64,000 nucleotides of DNA from Erythrobacter sanguineus (GCA_945878845.1 CAMCUB010000003.1:62482-126481), one strand, 5' to 3'. Shown: positions 8,033 to 18,248, numbered from the stretch's first letter. The notes: generated from the letters alone by a model not told the origin. Numbers and translations: made by a program.

Positions 8033-10198
8033 TCAGACGAAGCTGTAGGGGTCGACGTCGATCCCGACCCGCACGCCGGGCGCGAAGTTCACCGCGCCGA
8101 TCCAGTCGCGCAGCATCGCTTGCAGGTTGGCGCTGCGCCGCGCATTGACCAGAAAGCGATAGCGATACCGCCCGCGCAGCAGCGAGAGCGGGGCAGGCGC
8201 GGGGCCGAGGATCTGCACATCCGCCAGCCGGGGCCGCACGTCGCCGAGGCGCTGGGCGGCCTCGCGCGCTTCCTTCTCGTCTTCGGAAGAGAGGATGATC
8301 GCGGCCCAGCGCCCGAAGGGCGGGGCGCCCGCATCGCGGCGGCCTTCGGTTTCGGCGGCGTAGAAGGCGTCGCGGTCGCCGTTCGCGAGCGCGGCGATCA
8401 CGGGGGCGTCGGGGTGGCGGGTCTGGATCAGCACCTCGCCCGGCTTCGCCCCGCGCCCCGCACGGCCCGCGACCTGCGCGATCTGCGAGAAAGTGCGCTC
8501 GCCCGCGCGCAGGTCTCCGCCCTCGAGGCCGAGGTCCGCATCGACCACGCCCACAAGCGTCAGCTCGGGGAAGTGGAAGCCCTTGGTGACGAGCTGCGTG
8601 CCGATGATGATGTCGATCGCCTTGCCTTCTGCCATCGCGATGAACTCGGCTGCCTTGTCGGGGGTGTTGAGTGTGTCGGAGGTCGCCACCGCGAGCCGCG
8701 CTTCGGGGAACAGCTCGGCGACTTCCGCCGCGATCCGCTCCACCCCCGGCCCGCAGGCGACGAGGCAGTCGCTCTCGCCGCATTCGGGGCAGCTGTCGGG
8801 CACCCGCGTCTCGAAGCCGCAATGGTGGCAGGCGAGGCGCGCGGAGAGGCGGTGTTCGACCAGCCATGCGCTGCACGAAGGGCATTTGAAGCGGTGCCCG
8901 CAATTGCGGCACAAGGTCAGCGGGGCATAGCCGCGGCGGTTGAGGAACAGCAGCGACTGCTCGCCCTTGTCCAGCCGCTCGCGCAACGCGTCGATCAGCG
9001 GCCCGGCGAGCCAGCGCTGGCTGCCCGGCTTTTCCTCGGTCAGGTTGACAAGGCGCACCGCCGGCAGGCTCGCCCCGCCATAGCGCGCAGGCAGATCGAG
9101 CTTCGTGTAGACCCCGATCTCGGCCATGTGCAGGCTTTCGAGCGCGGGGGTGGCGCTGGCGAGGACCACCGGCAGGCCTTCGAAGCGCGCACGCATCACC
9201 GCCACGTCGCGGGCGTTGTAGCGCACCCCGTCATCCTGCTTGAAACTGATCTCGTGCGCCTCGTCGACGACGATCAGGCCGAGGTTCGCGTAAGGCAGGA
9301 ATAGCGCCGAGCGCGCGCCGACCACGACCTGTGCTGTTCCATCGGCAATCGCCCGCCACGCGCGCCGCCGCTCGGTCGATTTGAGCGAGGAATGCCACAG
9401 CACCGGCTTGGCCCCGAACCGCGCCTCGAACCGCGCGAGGAAATTCTCGGTGAGCGCGATTTCGGGGAGCAGCACCAGCACTTGCCGCCCGGCGCGGATG
9501 GCGGCGGCGACGGGCTCGAAATAGGTCTCGGTCTTGCCCGAGCCGGTGACCCCGTCGAGGAGGAAGGGCGCGAATTCTTGCGCGCGCACCGCCTCCACAA
9601 GCGTGCCCGCGACTGCGGCTTGCGCCTCGGACAGATCGGGCTGGTGGAAGTCGGGGTCGGCGGGCGGATAGGGGCGGTCGATGTTGACGGTGACCGGCTC
9701 GATCACCCCCTGATTGACGAGGCCGCGCAGCACCCCTTCCGAGACGCCTGCGATCCCCGCCAGCTCGCGCATGGTGCCCTGCTCACCTTCGAGCGCCTCG
9801 ATCGCGGCGAGGCGCTGGGCGGTCATGCGTTCGGGCAGGCCGCCCGAGAGCCGGTATTCGGTCATCGTCGCCGGCCCGCCCAGCGCCCCGCCGCTCGCCA
9901 GCGCCATCCGCGCCACGCTGGCGAGCGGGGCGCAGTAGTAGTCGGCGGTCCATTCTATCAGCCGCCTGAGCGGTGCGGGCAGGGGCGGAACGGGCAGCAC
10001 CTCGACAATCGGGCGCAGCCGCTCGAAGGCGATTTCCTCGCCCGGCAAGCGCCCTTCGTCCCACACGATCCCCATCACCTTGCGCGGCCCCAGCGGGGCG
10101 ACCACCACGCTGCCGGGAAGCGCGGCCACGCCTTCGGGCAGCCGGTAATCGAGCGGGCCGAGCGCAGCATTCAAAACAAGGAGGCGAACGCGGTTCAT
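8033..10198 (-). CDS. priA: primosomal protein N' (replication restart helicase)
   Basis: ATG at 10198 (MNRVRLLVLNAALGPLDYRLP). Walker A GVTGSGKT, DEAH box VVDEAHE, Zn-binding CRNCGHRFKCPSC...CHHCG. Confidence 0.9.
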   Translation of the reverse strand: MNRVRLLVLNAALGPLDYRLPEGVAALPGSVVVAPLGPRKVMGIVWDEGRLPGEEIAFERLRPIVEVLPVPPLPAPLRRLIEWTADYYCAPLASVARMALASGGALGGPATMTEYRLSGGLPERMTAQRLAAIEALEGEQGTMRELAGIAGVSEGVLRGLVNQGVIEPVTVNIDRPYPPADPDFHQPDLSEAQAAVAGTLVEAVRAQEFAPFLLDGVTGSGKTETYFEPVAAAIRAGRQVLVLLPEIALTENFLARFEARFGAKPVLWHSSLKSTERRRAWRAIADGTAQVVVGARSALFLPYANLGLIVVDEAHEISFKQDDGVRYNARDVAVMRARFEGLPVVLASATPALESLHMAEIGVYTKLDLPARYGGASLPAVRLVNLTEEKPGSQRWLAGPLIDALRERLDKGEQSLLFLNRRGYAPLTLCRNCGHRFKCPSCSAWLVEHRLSARLACHHCGFETRVPDSCPECGESDCLVACGPGVERIAAEVAELFPEARLAVATSDTLNTPDKAAEFIAMAEGKAIDIIIGTQLVTKGFHFPELTLVGVVDADLGLEGGDLRAGERTFSQIAQVAGRAGRGAKPGEVLIQTRHPDAPVIAALANGDRDAFYAAETEGRRDAGAPPFGRWAAIILSSEDEKEAREAAQRLGDVRPRLADVQILGPAPAPLSLLRGRYRYRFLVNARRSANLQAMLRDWIGAVNFAPGVRVGIDVDPYSFV

Positions 10199-10253
10199 CT
10201 TGGGGTTATATGGCGAGGGGCATAGGCCAAGGGCAAGCTTGGAGACCCGACGA

Positions 10254-10955
10254 ATGACCGCAATTGTCACCAACCGCCTCACGACCCGTCGCAGCCTGCT
10301 GGCGGGTGCCGCCGGCGCAGGCACCCTCCTGCTGCTCCCCGCCTGCGCGAGCACCGGGGGCGGGTTCTCGATGGACGAAGCGGTGCGCCGCCTGCTGCTG
10401 CTCGCGACCGAGAACGCCTTTTTGCGCCTCACCGCGCCGGGTGGGTTCTGGGACGAGCAGGTGGCGCGGCTCGGTCTGGCGAACGTGCTCGGCACGCGCG
10501 GGGATGTGCTGGGGCGTATCCTCACCTCGCAAGTCTTCAAGGACCAGTTGGAAGAGCGCTTCGCCAGCTTCGCGATCAATGCGAGCTTCCGCGCCGCGCC
10601 GGTGGTGACCGATGCGATTCAGGTGATTGGCTTCGAGAACGCCATCGCACTGGTGCGCGGCGGGCCTGATGCGGCGAGCCTGTTCCTGCGGCAGGAGCTC
10701 GGCACGGCGCTGCTCGATGCGATGGTGCCCGAACTGGGCGAAGCGCTGCGCATCAGCCGCGATCCGCTGCTCGGCCAGGCGCTCGGCGCACTCACTGGCG
10801 TCGATGTCGCAGGGGTTGCCGACCGCTTCGGCCGCCAGATTGACGATGCCATCTGGGGCGAGATCGGCCGCGAGGAAGCCGCAATCCGCGCCAATCCGGA
10901 AAGCACCCGCGATCCGCTGCTGATCGGGGTGTTCGGGCTCGGCAGCCGGATCTAG
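10254..10955 (+). CDS. DUF4197-like Tat/lipoprotein-signal protein
   Basis: ATG at 10254. TRRSLLAGAAGAGTLLLLPACAS signal. C-terminal EEAAIRANPESTRDPLLIGVFG resembles DUF4197. Confidence 0.6.
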   Translation: MTAIVTNRLTTRRSLLAGAAGAGTLLLLPACASTGGGFSMDEAVRRLLLLATENAFLRLTAPGGFWDEQVARLGLANVLGTRGDVLGRILTSQVFKDQLEERFASFAINASFRAAPVVTDAIQVIGFENAIALVRGGPDAASLFLRQELGTALLDAMVPELGEALRISRDPLLGQALGALTGVDVAGVADRFGRQIDDAIWGEIGREEAAIRANPESTRDPLLIGVFGLGSRI

Positions 10956-11608
10956 AACCTGTAGGTCACTACCGTCTGCGGCACGTGGGTGATGCGGTCG
11001 GGCTGCGCGCCGTTGGGGAACACCAGCAGCCAGTAATTCGCGCCCAGTTCCAGGCGCTTGCTCACCCGGTAGGCGATGCCCGCCTGCGCGCGCCATTGTT
11101 CGGTCGAGGCGCCTTGCCCGTCATTGCGCCCCTGCAGCAGCCCGAGCCACTCGCCGCCCACGCTCGCGCGCCAGCCGTCTCCGAGCGGCTGGTTGTACTG
11201 CACCCGCTGGCGCAGCCGCAGCTCAACCTGGTCCGCGCCGTCGAAAAAGCGCTCCTCCAGACGGGTGCGCAATTCGAATCGGCCTTGGGTGAGGATCGCC
11301 TGCTGGTGCGGCCTGATCTCGGTCGCGCCGCCCGCTTCGAACACCGCTGCCCCGCCGCCGATGCGCAGGTCCTTGGCCACGGTCTGCTCCACCGTCACGC
11401 GGATCGTCTGCTGCTCGTCGCCGCGCGCTTCCTCGCGCCAGCGATGGGTGCCGTCGATGGTGAGCCGCGTATCCTCGTCGAGATCGCCGGTAAGGTTGAA
11501 GAACTGCCACAATTGCACGTCTTCATCCTGCGCCCGTGCTTTGGACGGTTGCCAAGCGCACGCGAGGGCGGCAAGCAGCATCGCAATTCGTGCAGGCAGG
11601 CGTGTCAT
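10952..11608 (-). CDS. DUF2490-like outer-membrane protein
   Basis: Signal peptide MTRLPARIAMLLAALACAWQPSKARA. Beta-rich sequence ending in ...VVTYRF. Confidence 0.5.
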   Translation of the reverse strand: MTRLPARIAMLLAALACAWQPSKARAQDEDVQLWQFFNLTGDLDEDTRLTIDGTHRWREEARGDEQQTIRVTVEQTVAKDLRIGGGAAVFEAGGATEIRPHQQAILTQGRFELRTRLEERFFDGADQVELRLRQRVQYNQPLGDGWRASVGGEWLGLLQGRNDGQGASTEQWRAQAGIAYRVSKRLELGANYWLLVFPNGAQPDRITHVPQTVVTYRF

Positions 11609-11669
11609 GCGCCCGCCCTAATGCGGTGGCAGCGCGCTGCCTATCGGAAAAACGTCTGGAGCGACTCTC

Positions 11670-12323
11670 ATGAAATTCTTCGTCGACACCGCCGAGATCG
11701 AGGCGATCCGCGATCTTGCCGCCACCGGGCTGCTTGACGGGGTGACCACCAATCCCTCGCTGATCGCCAAATCGGGGCGCGATTTCAAGGAAGTCACCGC
11801 CGAGATATGCGGGATCGTCGACGGGCCGGTGAGCGCCGAGGTGGTCGCCCTCGACCATGCGACGATGATGAAGGAGGCCGAAATCCTCCGCAAGATCGCC
11901 GATAATGTCTGCATCAAGGTGCCGCTGACGGTTGATGGCCTCAAGACCTGCAAGGCGCTCTCGTCCGAGGGCACGATGGTCAATGTCACGCTGTGCTTCT
12001 CGGCCAATCAGGCGCTGCTGGCGGCCAAGGCCGGGGCGAGCTTCATCTCGCCCTTCGTCGGGCGGCACGATGACAATGGCTTTGACGGCATGGACCTCAT
12101 CGAGGACATCCGCCTGATCTACGACAACTACAATTTCTCCACCGAGATTCTGGTCGCGAGCGTGCGCCACACCATGCACGTGCTGCAGGCCGCCAAGATC
12201 GGCGCCGACGTCATGACCGCTCCCCCTGCGGTGATTCACGCCCTCTTCAAGCACGTCCTCACCGACAAGGGGATCGAGGGCTTCATGGCCGACTGGGCCA
12301 AGACGGGCCAGAGTATCCTGTGA
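11670..12323 (+). CDS. transaldolase type 3B / fructose-6-phosphate aldolase
   Basis: [36 protein letters not shown]; 217 aa. Confidence 0.85.
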   Translation: MKFFVDTAEIEAIRDLAATGLLDGVTTNPSLIAKSGRDFKEVTAEICGIVDGPVSAEVVALDHATMMKEAEILRKIADNVCIKVPLTVDGLKTCKALSSEGTMVNVTLCFSANQALLAAKAGASFISPFVGRHDDNGFDGMDLIEDIRLIYDNYNFSTEILVASVRHTMHVLQAAKIGADVMTAPPAVIHALFKHVLTDKGIEGFMADWAKTGQSIL

Positions 12324-12340
12324 CCGGTATCCTCTAAGCA

Positions 12341-14179
12341 ATGGCCGACCAGTCTCCGCTCGATCTGTTCAAGCAGGCGCTCACCGGCGCATCGCGGGCG
12401 ATTGCGCGCGATGCGGAGGTGGAGGTTGCGTGGAGCGCCGATGTGCCGGGGGCGGCGGGCAACCGGTTCCGGGTTCCGCTGCCGGGGCGCGATCTGCCGG
12501 CCGATCAGGTGCGCGAGGCGCGCGGCTTTGCCGACAGCTTCGCGCTTAAGCTGCGCCACCACGACGCCGCGCTCCACGCCAAAGCCGCGCCGCCTGAACC
12601 GATCGCGCGCGCCTGCTATGACGCGATCGAGCAGGTGCGTTACGAGGCCTTGGGCGCCAACCGCTTTGGCGGGATGCGCACCAACCTCGACGCCGCGACC
12701 GAGCTGCGCACGGCGGGCGACAAAATCGTGCGCGCGCAGAATTCCTCGGAAGTGCCCTTGCAGACCGCGCTCGCTCTGCTGGTGCGCGAGGCGCTGACCG
12801 GCGAGGCGGTGCCTGCCAAAGCGCAGGGCGGAATCGAGCTTGTCCGCGATTTTCTCGAGGAGAAGGTCGGCGGCGATTTCGCCGCTCTGGCCGAGATGAT
12901 CGGCGATCAGGAAGCCTTCCAGAAGCTCGCGCTCGACATGCTGCGCGAGCTCGACCTGACCCGCCCGACCGAAGCCCCCGACGAAAGCGATTCGGACGAG
13001 GCCGACGATGACGACGGCCCCGACGATGACAGCGAGGGCGAGGACGACAACCAGGGCGAAGGCGATCCGCAATCCGCGGAAATGGCCGGCGACATGGCCG
13101 AAGGCGAGGGCGAGGGGGAGCAGTCCTCCGAGACCCAGACCGACAGCGACATGGCCGAAGGTGAGCCGGGCGACGACAGCGACGCCGCCAACGCTCCGGT
13201 GCGCCCCAACCGCCCGCAGGCCGAAGTCCCCGCCAGCCTCGACTACAAGGCTTTCACCACCCGCTTCGACGAGGAAGTCGCCGCGTCCGACCTTTGCGAC
13301 GCCGAGGAACTCGACCGCCTGCGCGCCTATCTCGACAGCCAGCTGACGGGGCTGCAAGGCGTGGTGACGCGCCTCGCCAACCGCCTGCAGCGCCGCTTGA
13401 TGGCGCAGCAGAACCGCAGCTGGGACTTCGACATGGAGGAGGGCGTCTTGGACGCCGCGCGCCTCGCCCGGGTGATCATCTCGCCCGGAACCGCCTTGAG
13501 CTACAAGGTCGAGCGTGACGTCGAGTTCAAGGACACGATCGTCACCCTGCTGATCGACAATTCGGGTTCGATGCGCGGGCGGCCGATCAGCATCGCTGCG
13601 ATCAGCGCCGATATTCTCGCGCGCACGCTCGAGCGCTGCGGGGTCAAGACCGAGATCCTCGGCTTCACCACCCGCGCGTGGAAGGGCGGGCAGAGCCGTG
13701 AGGCCTGGCTAGCCGATGGCAAGCCGCAGAACCCGGGCCGCCTCAACGATCTCAGGCACATCATCTACAAACAGGCCGACGAGCCGTGGCGCCGCGCGCG
13801 CCGCAATCTCGGCCTGATGATGCGCGAGGGCCTGCTCAAGGAAAACATCGACGGCGAGGCGCTGATCTGGGCGCACAGCCGCCTGCTCTATCGCCCCGAA
13901 GAACGCCGCATCCTGATGGTGATCAGCGACGGCGCGCCGGTGGACGATTCGACGCTGAGCGTGAACTCGGCGGGCTACCTCGAAGCGCATCTGCGCGGGG
14001 TGATCGAGTGGATCGAGAAGGTCTCGCCGGTGCAGCTCGTGGCCATCGGCATCGGCCACGATGTGACGCGCTATTATCGCCGCGCGGTGACGATCATGGA
14101 TGTGGAGCAGCTCGGCGGGACGATCATGGAGCAGCTCGCCGAACTGTTCGAGGATGAGAAAGGCGTGAAGAAGCGGTGA
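12341..14179 (+). CDS. cobT: CobT-like protein (cobaltochelatase CobT family; vWA domain)
   Basis: CobT N-domain, D/E-rich linker ([23 protein letters not shown]) and C-terminal vWA domain ([12 protein letters not shown]). No cobS or cobN nearby. Confidence 0.7.
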   Translation: MADQSPLDLFKQALTGASRAIARDAEVEVAWSADVPGAAGNRFRVPLPGRDLPADQVREARGFADSFALKLRHHDAALHAKAAPPEPIARACYDAIEQVRYEALGANRFGGMRTNLDAATELRTAGDKIVRAQNSSEVPLQTALALLVREALTGEAVPAKAQGGIELVRDFLEEKVGGDFAALAEMIGDQEAFQKLALDMLRELDLTRPTEAPDESDSDEADDDDGPDDDSEGEDDNQGEGDPQSAEMAGDMAEGEGEGEQSSETQTDSDMAEGEPGDDSDAANAPVRPNRPQAEVPASLDYKAFTTRFDEEVAASDLCDAEELDRLRAYLDSQLTGLQGVVTRLANRLQRRLMAQQNRSWDFDMEEGVLDAARLARVIISPGTALSYKVERDVEFKDTIVTLLIDNSGSMRGRPISIAAISADILARTLERCGVKTEILGFTTRAWKGGQSREAWLADGKPQNPGRLNDLRHIIYKQADEPWRRARRNLGLMMREGLLKENIDGEALIWAHSRLLYRPEERRILMVISDGAPVDDSTLSVNSAGYLEAHLRGVIEWIEKVSPVQLVAIGIGHDVTRYYRRAVTIMDVEQLGGTIMEQLAELFEDEKGVKKR

Positions 14180-14471
14180 TCGCGCTGGTGGGAGGGTGTG
14201 GTTACGCTCCACTCCCCGCAAGGGAACGGTGTTACAGACCGGCTGCCGGAACTACCGGCTTTACCCTCCCAGCACGCGAACAGGCGCCGTTGCGAGACGG
14301 GGGGAGGGCGATCAATTTGTTTGAAACACCGCTTGCTCACCCCGTATCAGGGGGGCGCCAAAACACCCCGTCAGACGACGAGGTAATAATATTCGAAACG
14401 GATCGAGCGGTTTGCCATGGCGCAGCCCGCCAGAGTCATAATGAAATCAAGTCAAGCCTAGGAAAAACAGA

Positions 14472-15131
14472 ATGAACGTCACCGAAGCCGTCACCACCCG
14501 CCGCTCGATCCGGACCTTTCTCGACAAGCCGGTCGATCTTGAGACCCTCACCCGCGTGATGGACAAGGCGCGCTGGGCGGCCTCTGGGTGCAATTACCAG
14601 CCGTGGGAGGCGAGCATTGTCACTGGCCAGCCTTTGAAGGACTTGCAGGCCAAGATGATCGCCGAAGGGCCCAAGGCGGCGGAGTATGACTGGGCGGCTC
14701 CCGGCACCGAAGAGGCCTACAAGAAGCGCCTCGACGCGGTCTCGGCGGGGATGTTCGGGGCGATGGGGATTGCGCGCGACGACGGCGCAGGCCGCATGGC
14801 CGCGATGGGCCGCAACACCACCAGCTTCGATGCCCCCGCGGTGCTGTTCGTCTACTTCCCGCGCCTGATGAAGGAGCCGCAGTGGTCGGACGTCGGCATG
14901 TGGCTCCAGACCGTCGCGCTGCTGCTGCGCGAGGAGGGGCTCGACAGCTGCTTCCAGGAATACATGGCGATCTTCGCGACCACGATCCGCGAGTTCCTCG
15001 GGCTCGATCACGAGCGCTACATGTTCTTCTGCGGCATGGCGATCGGCTACCGCGATCCGGATGCGCCGCTGAACAATTTCGAGCGCCAGCGCGTGCCGCT
15101 TGAGGAGCATGTGAAGTTCATCGGGTTCTGA
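14472..15131 (+). CDS. nitroreductase family protein
   Basis: TRRSIRTFLDKPV...ASGCNYQPW; 219 aa. Confidence 0.8.
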   Translation: MNVTEAVTTRRSIRTFLDKPVDLETLTRVMDKARWAASGCNYQPWEASIVTGQPLKDLQAKMIAEGPKAAEYDWAAPGTEEAYKKRLDAVSAGMFGAMGIARDDGAGRMAAMGRNTTSFDAPAVLFVYFPRLMKEPQWSDVGMWLQTVALLLREEGLDSCFQEYMAIFATTIREFLGLDHERYMFFCGMAIGYRDPDAPLNNFERQRVPLEEHVKFIGF

Positions 15132-15146
15132 GCCCCGCCGCCGGCG

Positions 15147-15166
15147 ATCCCGGCTTGCGCCGGGAT
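15147..15166. terminator. GC-rich hairpin after the nitroreductase gene (resembles a single arm of repeat family B)
   Basis: ATCCCGGC-TTGC-GCCGGGAT: 8-bp stem, 4-nt loop, 16 nt after the stop. No U-tract. Confidence 0.4.
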
Positions 15167-15192
15167 GGCGGATTGAGGCAAAGGCCCCGCCC

Positions 15193-16644
15193 ATGACTGA
15201 TGCCCCTTTGAAACTGTTCAACTCGCTCACCCGCCAAGTTGAGGTGTTCGAGCCCGTCCATCCGGGCGAGGCGCGCGTCTATTCCTGCGGGCCGACGGTC
15301 TATAACTACCCGCATATCGGCAATATGCGCGCCTATGTGTTTGCCGATGTGCTGGGGCGCACGCTCTCGTGGAAGGGCTACAATCTCACCCACGTGATCA
15401 ACATTACCGATGTGGGCCACCTCACCGATGATGCCGACGCGGGCGAGGACAAGATGGAGAAGATGGCTGCGGAAAAGGCGCAGTCGATCTGGGACATCGC
15501 CGAGCATTACAAGCAGGCCTATTGGGCCGACGTGCGCGCCCTCAACATCCGCCAGCCGGCGCAGTGGACGGTCGCGACCGATTACGTGCCGCAGATGATC
15601 GCCTTTGCCGAAGGGATCGCGGACAAGCACTGCTACCAGCTCAACAGCGGGCTTTATTTCGATGTGTCGACCGTGGCCGACTACGGCCGTCTGGCGCGTG
15701 CCAACACCGAGGAAGGTGAAGGCCGTATCGAGGCCGTCGAGGGCAAGCGCAACGCCGCCGACTTCGCGATCTGGCGCAAGACTCCGGCGGGCGAGACGCG
15801 GCAGATGGAGTGGGACTCGCCGTGGGGCCGGGGCGCCCCCGGCTGGCACCTGGAATGCTCGGTGATGAGCGGCGAGGTGCTCGGCTTTCCCTTCGACATC
15901 CACACCGGCGGGATCGACCACCGCGAGATTCACCACCCTAATGAAATCGCGCAGAATCAGGCTTTCTGCTGCAGCAACGGGCTGGACGATCCGCGCAATT
16001 CGGGCGCGAATATCTGGATGCACAACAATTTTCTTGTCGAGCGATCGGGGAAGATGTCGAAGTCCTCGGGCGAGTTCCTGCGGCTGCAATTGCTGGTCGA
16101 CAAGGGCTACCACCCGCTCGCCTATCGGCTGATGTGCTTGCAGGCGCATTATCGCTCCGAGCTGGAGTTCTCGTGGGAGGGGCTGGGTGCGGCGCTGACG
16201 CGGCTGAAGCGGATGGTGATGGCGGTGGGCACGCTCGCAGACGTTGCCTCTCAGCCCGAGGCAGAACATCCAAAGTTTGCGCCGGTGCTTGCCAAGTTCG
16301 ACGAGGCGATGGCGGATGACCTCGGCACCCCGATCGCGCTGACGGCGCTGGAAGATGCGCTTGCGGTGAAGAAGGTCGATGCCGGGATCAAGCGCGCTGT
16401 GGTCGAGGATATGGACGCGGTGCTGGGTCTGAACCTGTTCGGCCTCACCCGTGCGGATCTGCGCATCCGCCCCAAGTCCGCGACCATCACCGAGGCCGAA
16501 ATCGAAGACGCGCTCGCCCGCCGCAAGGAGGCGCGCGCCGCCAAGGACTTCGCCGCCTCCGACGCGATCCGCGATGAACTTGCCGCGCAAGGCGTCGAGG
16601 TGATGGACGGCGATCCGCTCGGGTGGGAGTGGAAGCTCTCCTAG
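15193..16644 (+). CDS. cysS: cysteine--tRNA ligase
   Basis: HIGN and KMSKS class I motifs; 483 aa. Confidence 0.95.
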   Translation: MTDAPLKLFNSLTRQVEVFEPVHPGEARVYSCGPTVYNYPHIGNMRAYVFADVLGRTLSWKGYNLTHVINITDVGHLTDDADAGEDKMEKMAAEKAQSIWDIAEHYKQAYWADVRALNIRQPAQWTVATDYVPQMIAFAEGIADKHCYQLNSGLYFDVSTVADYGRLARANTEEGEGRIEAVEGKRNAADFAIWRKTPAGETRQMEWDSPWGRGAPGWHLECSVMSGEVLGFPFDIHTGGIDHREIHHPNEIAQNQAFCCSNGLDDPRNSGANIWMHNNFLVERSGKMSKSSGEFLRLQLLVDKGYHPLAYRLMCLQAHYRSELEFSWEGLGAALTRLKRMVMAVGTLADVASQPEAEHPKFAPVLAKFDEAMADDLGTPIALTALEDALAVKKVDAGIKRAVVEDMDAVLGLNLFGLTRADLRIRPKSATITEAEIEDALARRKEARAAKDFAASDAIRDELAAQGVEVMDGDPLGWEWKLS

Positions 16645-16654
16645 CCCCTCCGCC

Positions 16655-16736
16655 TCCCCGGGCTTGACCCGGGGCCCCGCTGCCCCTCACGAATCCGCCA
16701 GAAGAAGCTGGGCCCCGGATCAAGTCCGGGGAGACG
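16655..16736. repeat. family B double-hairpin repeat, copy 1
   Basis: TCCCCGGGCTTGACCCGGGGCCC ... GGGCCCCGGATCAAGTCCGGGGA inverted arms, each itself a hairpin. A homologous copy lies at 19915..20001. Confidence 0.65.
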
Positions 16737-16774
16737 ATGTAGACAGACCGATGCTCGCGCGCTAAACCAGTTGC

Positions 16775-17131
16775 ATGGTGCAACCTATCCTCTGGCTGAT
16801 CCTCGCCGCGATCCACGCCATGCCCGCGCTGGCCTTCTTCCGCCCGGCGACGCTGACTTCGCTCTACCGCCTCCAGCCGGACAATTCGCTGTTGCTGCTG
16901 ATGCACCACCGCGCCGGGCTGTTCGTCGCGGTCTTCGTCGCCTGCATCTATGCGGCCTTCATCCCCGAGGGGCGGAGGCTGGCGGTGCTGGTGGTGGGGA
17001 TCAGCATGGTGAGCTTCCTCGTGCTCTACTGGCAGGCCGGATCGCCGTCCGCCTTGCGCAAGATCGCCAATGTGGACCTTGCTGGCCTGCCGGTTCTGGC
17101 AGGGGTGGCGTGGCTCGCTTTCCGGCAGTAA
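16775..17131 (+). CDS. hypothetical membrane protein
   Basis: 118 aa with about 4 hydrophobic helices (ILWLILAAIHAMPALAFF, LFVAVFVACIYAAF, ...). Confidence 0.5.
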   Translation: MVQPILWLILAAIHAMPALAFFRPATLTSLYRLQPDNSLLLLMHHRAGLFVAVFVACIYAAFIPEGRRLAVLVVGISMVSFLVLYWQAGSPSALRKIANVDLAGLPVLAGVAWLAFRQ

Positions 17132-17141
17132 CGCAGGCCTT

Positions 17142-18080
17142 ATGACCATTCTCGCCGTCTCCGGACTGATCCGCCCGATGCTCGAAAGCCGCTTGCCCGA
17201 GGGGCTCGACGTGCGCTGGTTCATGTCGGCTGAGGAGGCGATCGACGCGGTCGCCGACGCCGAGATCGGCTGGTTCGACATGAACGACAAGGAGGCGATG
17301 GCGGCCACGCTGGTCGCCGCCAAGAAGCTCAAATGGCTCAATTCGATCTACGCGGGCCTCGATTTCCTGCCGATGGATGTGCTGATCGAGCGCGGCATCA
17401 CCGTCACCAACGGGGCCGGGATCAACGCGATCACCATCGCCGAATATGTGGTGATGGGGATGCTCAACATTGCCAAGGGTTATCGCGAGGTGGTGCGCGC
17501 GCAGGACCGGCATGAGTGGCTGTTCGACAGCCCGGGCAAGCGCGAGCTCGCGGGCTCGAAGGCGCTGCTGCTCGGCTACGGCGCGATCGGAAGACTCATC
17601 GAGCCGCGCCTCAAGGCCTTCGACATCGACGTCACCGTGGTGCGTCGCAGCGCGGGCGAGGGCACGCTCGGCCCTGACGAATGGCGCGCGCAGCTCGGCC
17701 AGTTCGACTGGGTGATCCTCGCCGTTCCCGCCACGCCCGAGACCGATGCGATGATCGGTGCGGCCGAGTTTGCGGCGATGAAATCCGACTGCGTCATCGT
17801 CAATATCGCGCGGGGCGCGGTGATCGACCAGCCGGCGCTGGTTGCGGCGCTCCAGAACAAGAGCATCGGCGGCGCCTTCCTCGATGTGACCACGCCCGAG
17901 CCGCTCCCCGCGGACGACGTGCTGTGGACCCTGCCGAACGCGCATATCTCGATGCACCTGTCGGGCCGCGCGCAGGACAAGATGTTTGTCCGGTCAGGCG
18001 AGCGTTTCCTCGACAATCTCGCACGTTACCTGCGCGGCGAGCCGGTCGCGCCGGTGTTTGACCCGAAGCTGGGTTACTGA
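17142..18080 (+). CDS. D-2-hydroxyacid dehydrogenase family protein
   Basis: ATG at 17142 (MTILAVSG). NAD-binding motif LLGYGAIGR. Catalytic-domain motifs ...NIARG..ID. Confidence 0.8.
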   Translation: MTILAVSGLIRPMLESRLPEGLDVRWFMSAEEAIDAVADAEIGWFDMNDKEAMAATLVAAKKLKWLNSIYAGLDFLPMDVLIERGITVTNGAGINAITIAEYVVMGMLNIAKGYREVVRAQDRHEWLFDSPGKRELAGSKALLLGYGAIGRLIEPRLKAFDIDVTVVRRSAGEGTLGPDEWRAQLGQFDWVILAVPATPETDAMIGAAEFAAMKSDCVIVNIARGAVIDQPALVAALQNKSIGGAFLDVTTPEPLPADDVLWTLPNAHISMHLSGRAQDKMFVRSGERFLDNLARYLRGEPVAPVFDPKLGY

Positions 18081-18248
18081 CGACCGCGCGCGCCTGAGAA
18101 TCGCGCTGGCGATCTGGCGCTTTTCTGCAATACTCCCGCTCGCAAACCGCCCATCACGGGGCGGTCACACGCGCGCGCTATCGCCCGGGGGAGGGCATCG
18201 CGCGCGCTGACCGGCCGGGGGGCCGGATTGTGCAACAGGGGGGAACAC

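Noticed and set aside
12950-13210. Tandem-repeat-looking GAC/GAG/GGC-rich DNA
   Set aside because: It is in frame within cobT and encodes the characteristic acidic D/E/G linker. This is low-complexity coding sequence, not a repeat element or CRISPR.
14190-14270. Cobalamin riboswitch or tRNA downstream of cobT
   Set aside because: AAGGGAACGGTG...GCTGCC loosely recalls the cobalamin riboswitch core, but I could not find a GCCACTG element or a B12 box (AGxCxGGAxGACCxGCC-like) downstream. There is no T-loop (GTTCRANYC) or tRNA arm spacing either. I kept it only as an unclassified structure candidate.
14318-14328. Additional parS-related sequences: TGTTTGAAACA (14318..14328) and the TGTTTCAC half-site at 22286..22293
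   Set aside because: The first lacks the central CACGT core. The second has only one half-site. Both are short enough to occur by chance.
14472-15131. BluB (5,6-dimethylbenzimidazole synthase), given proximity to cobT
   Set aside because: The sequence has the generic nitroreductase NYQPW-type motif. It lacks the BluB-like N-terminal and active-site pattern I recall (…GFMQPW…), and it has no cob context.
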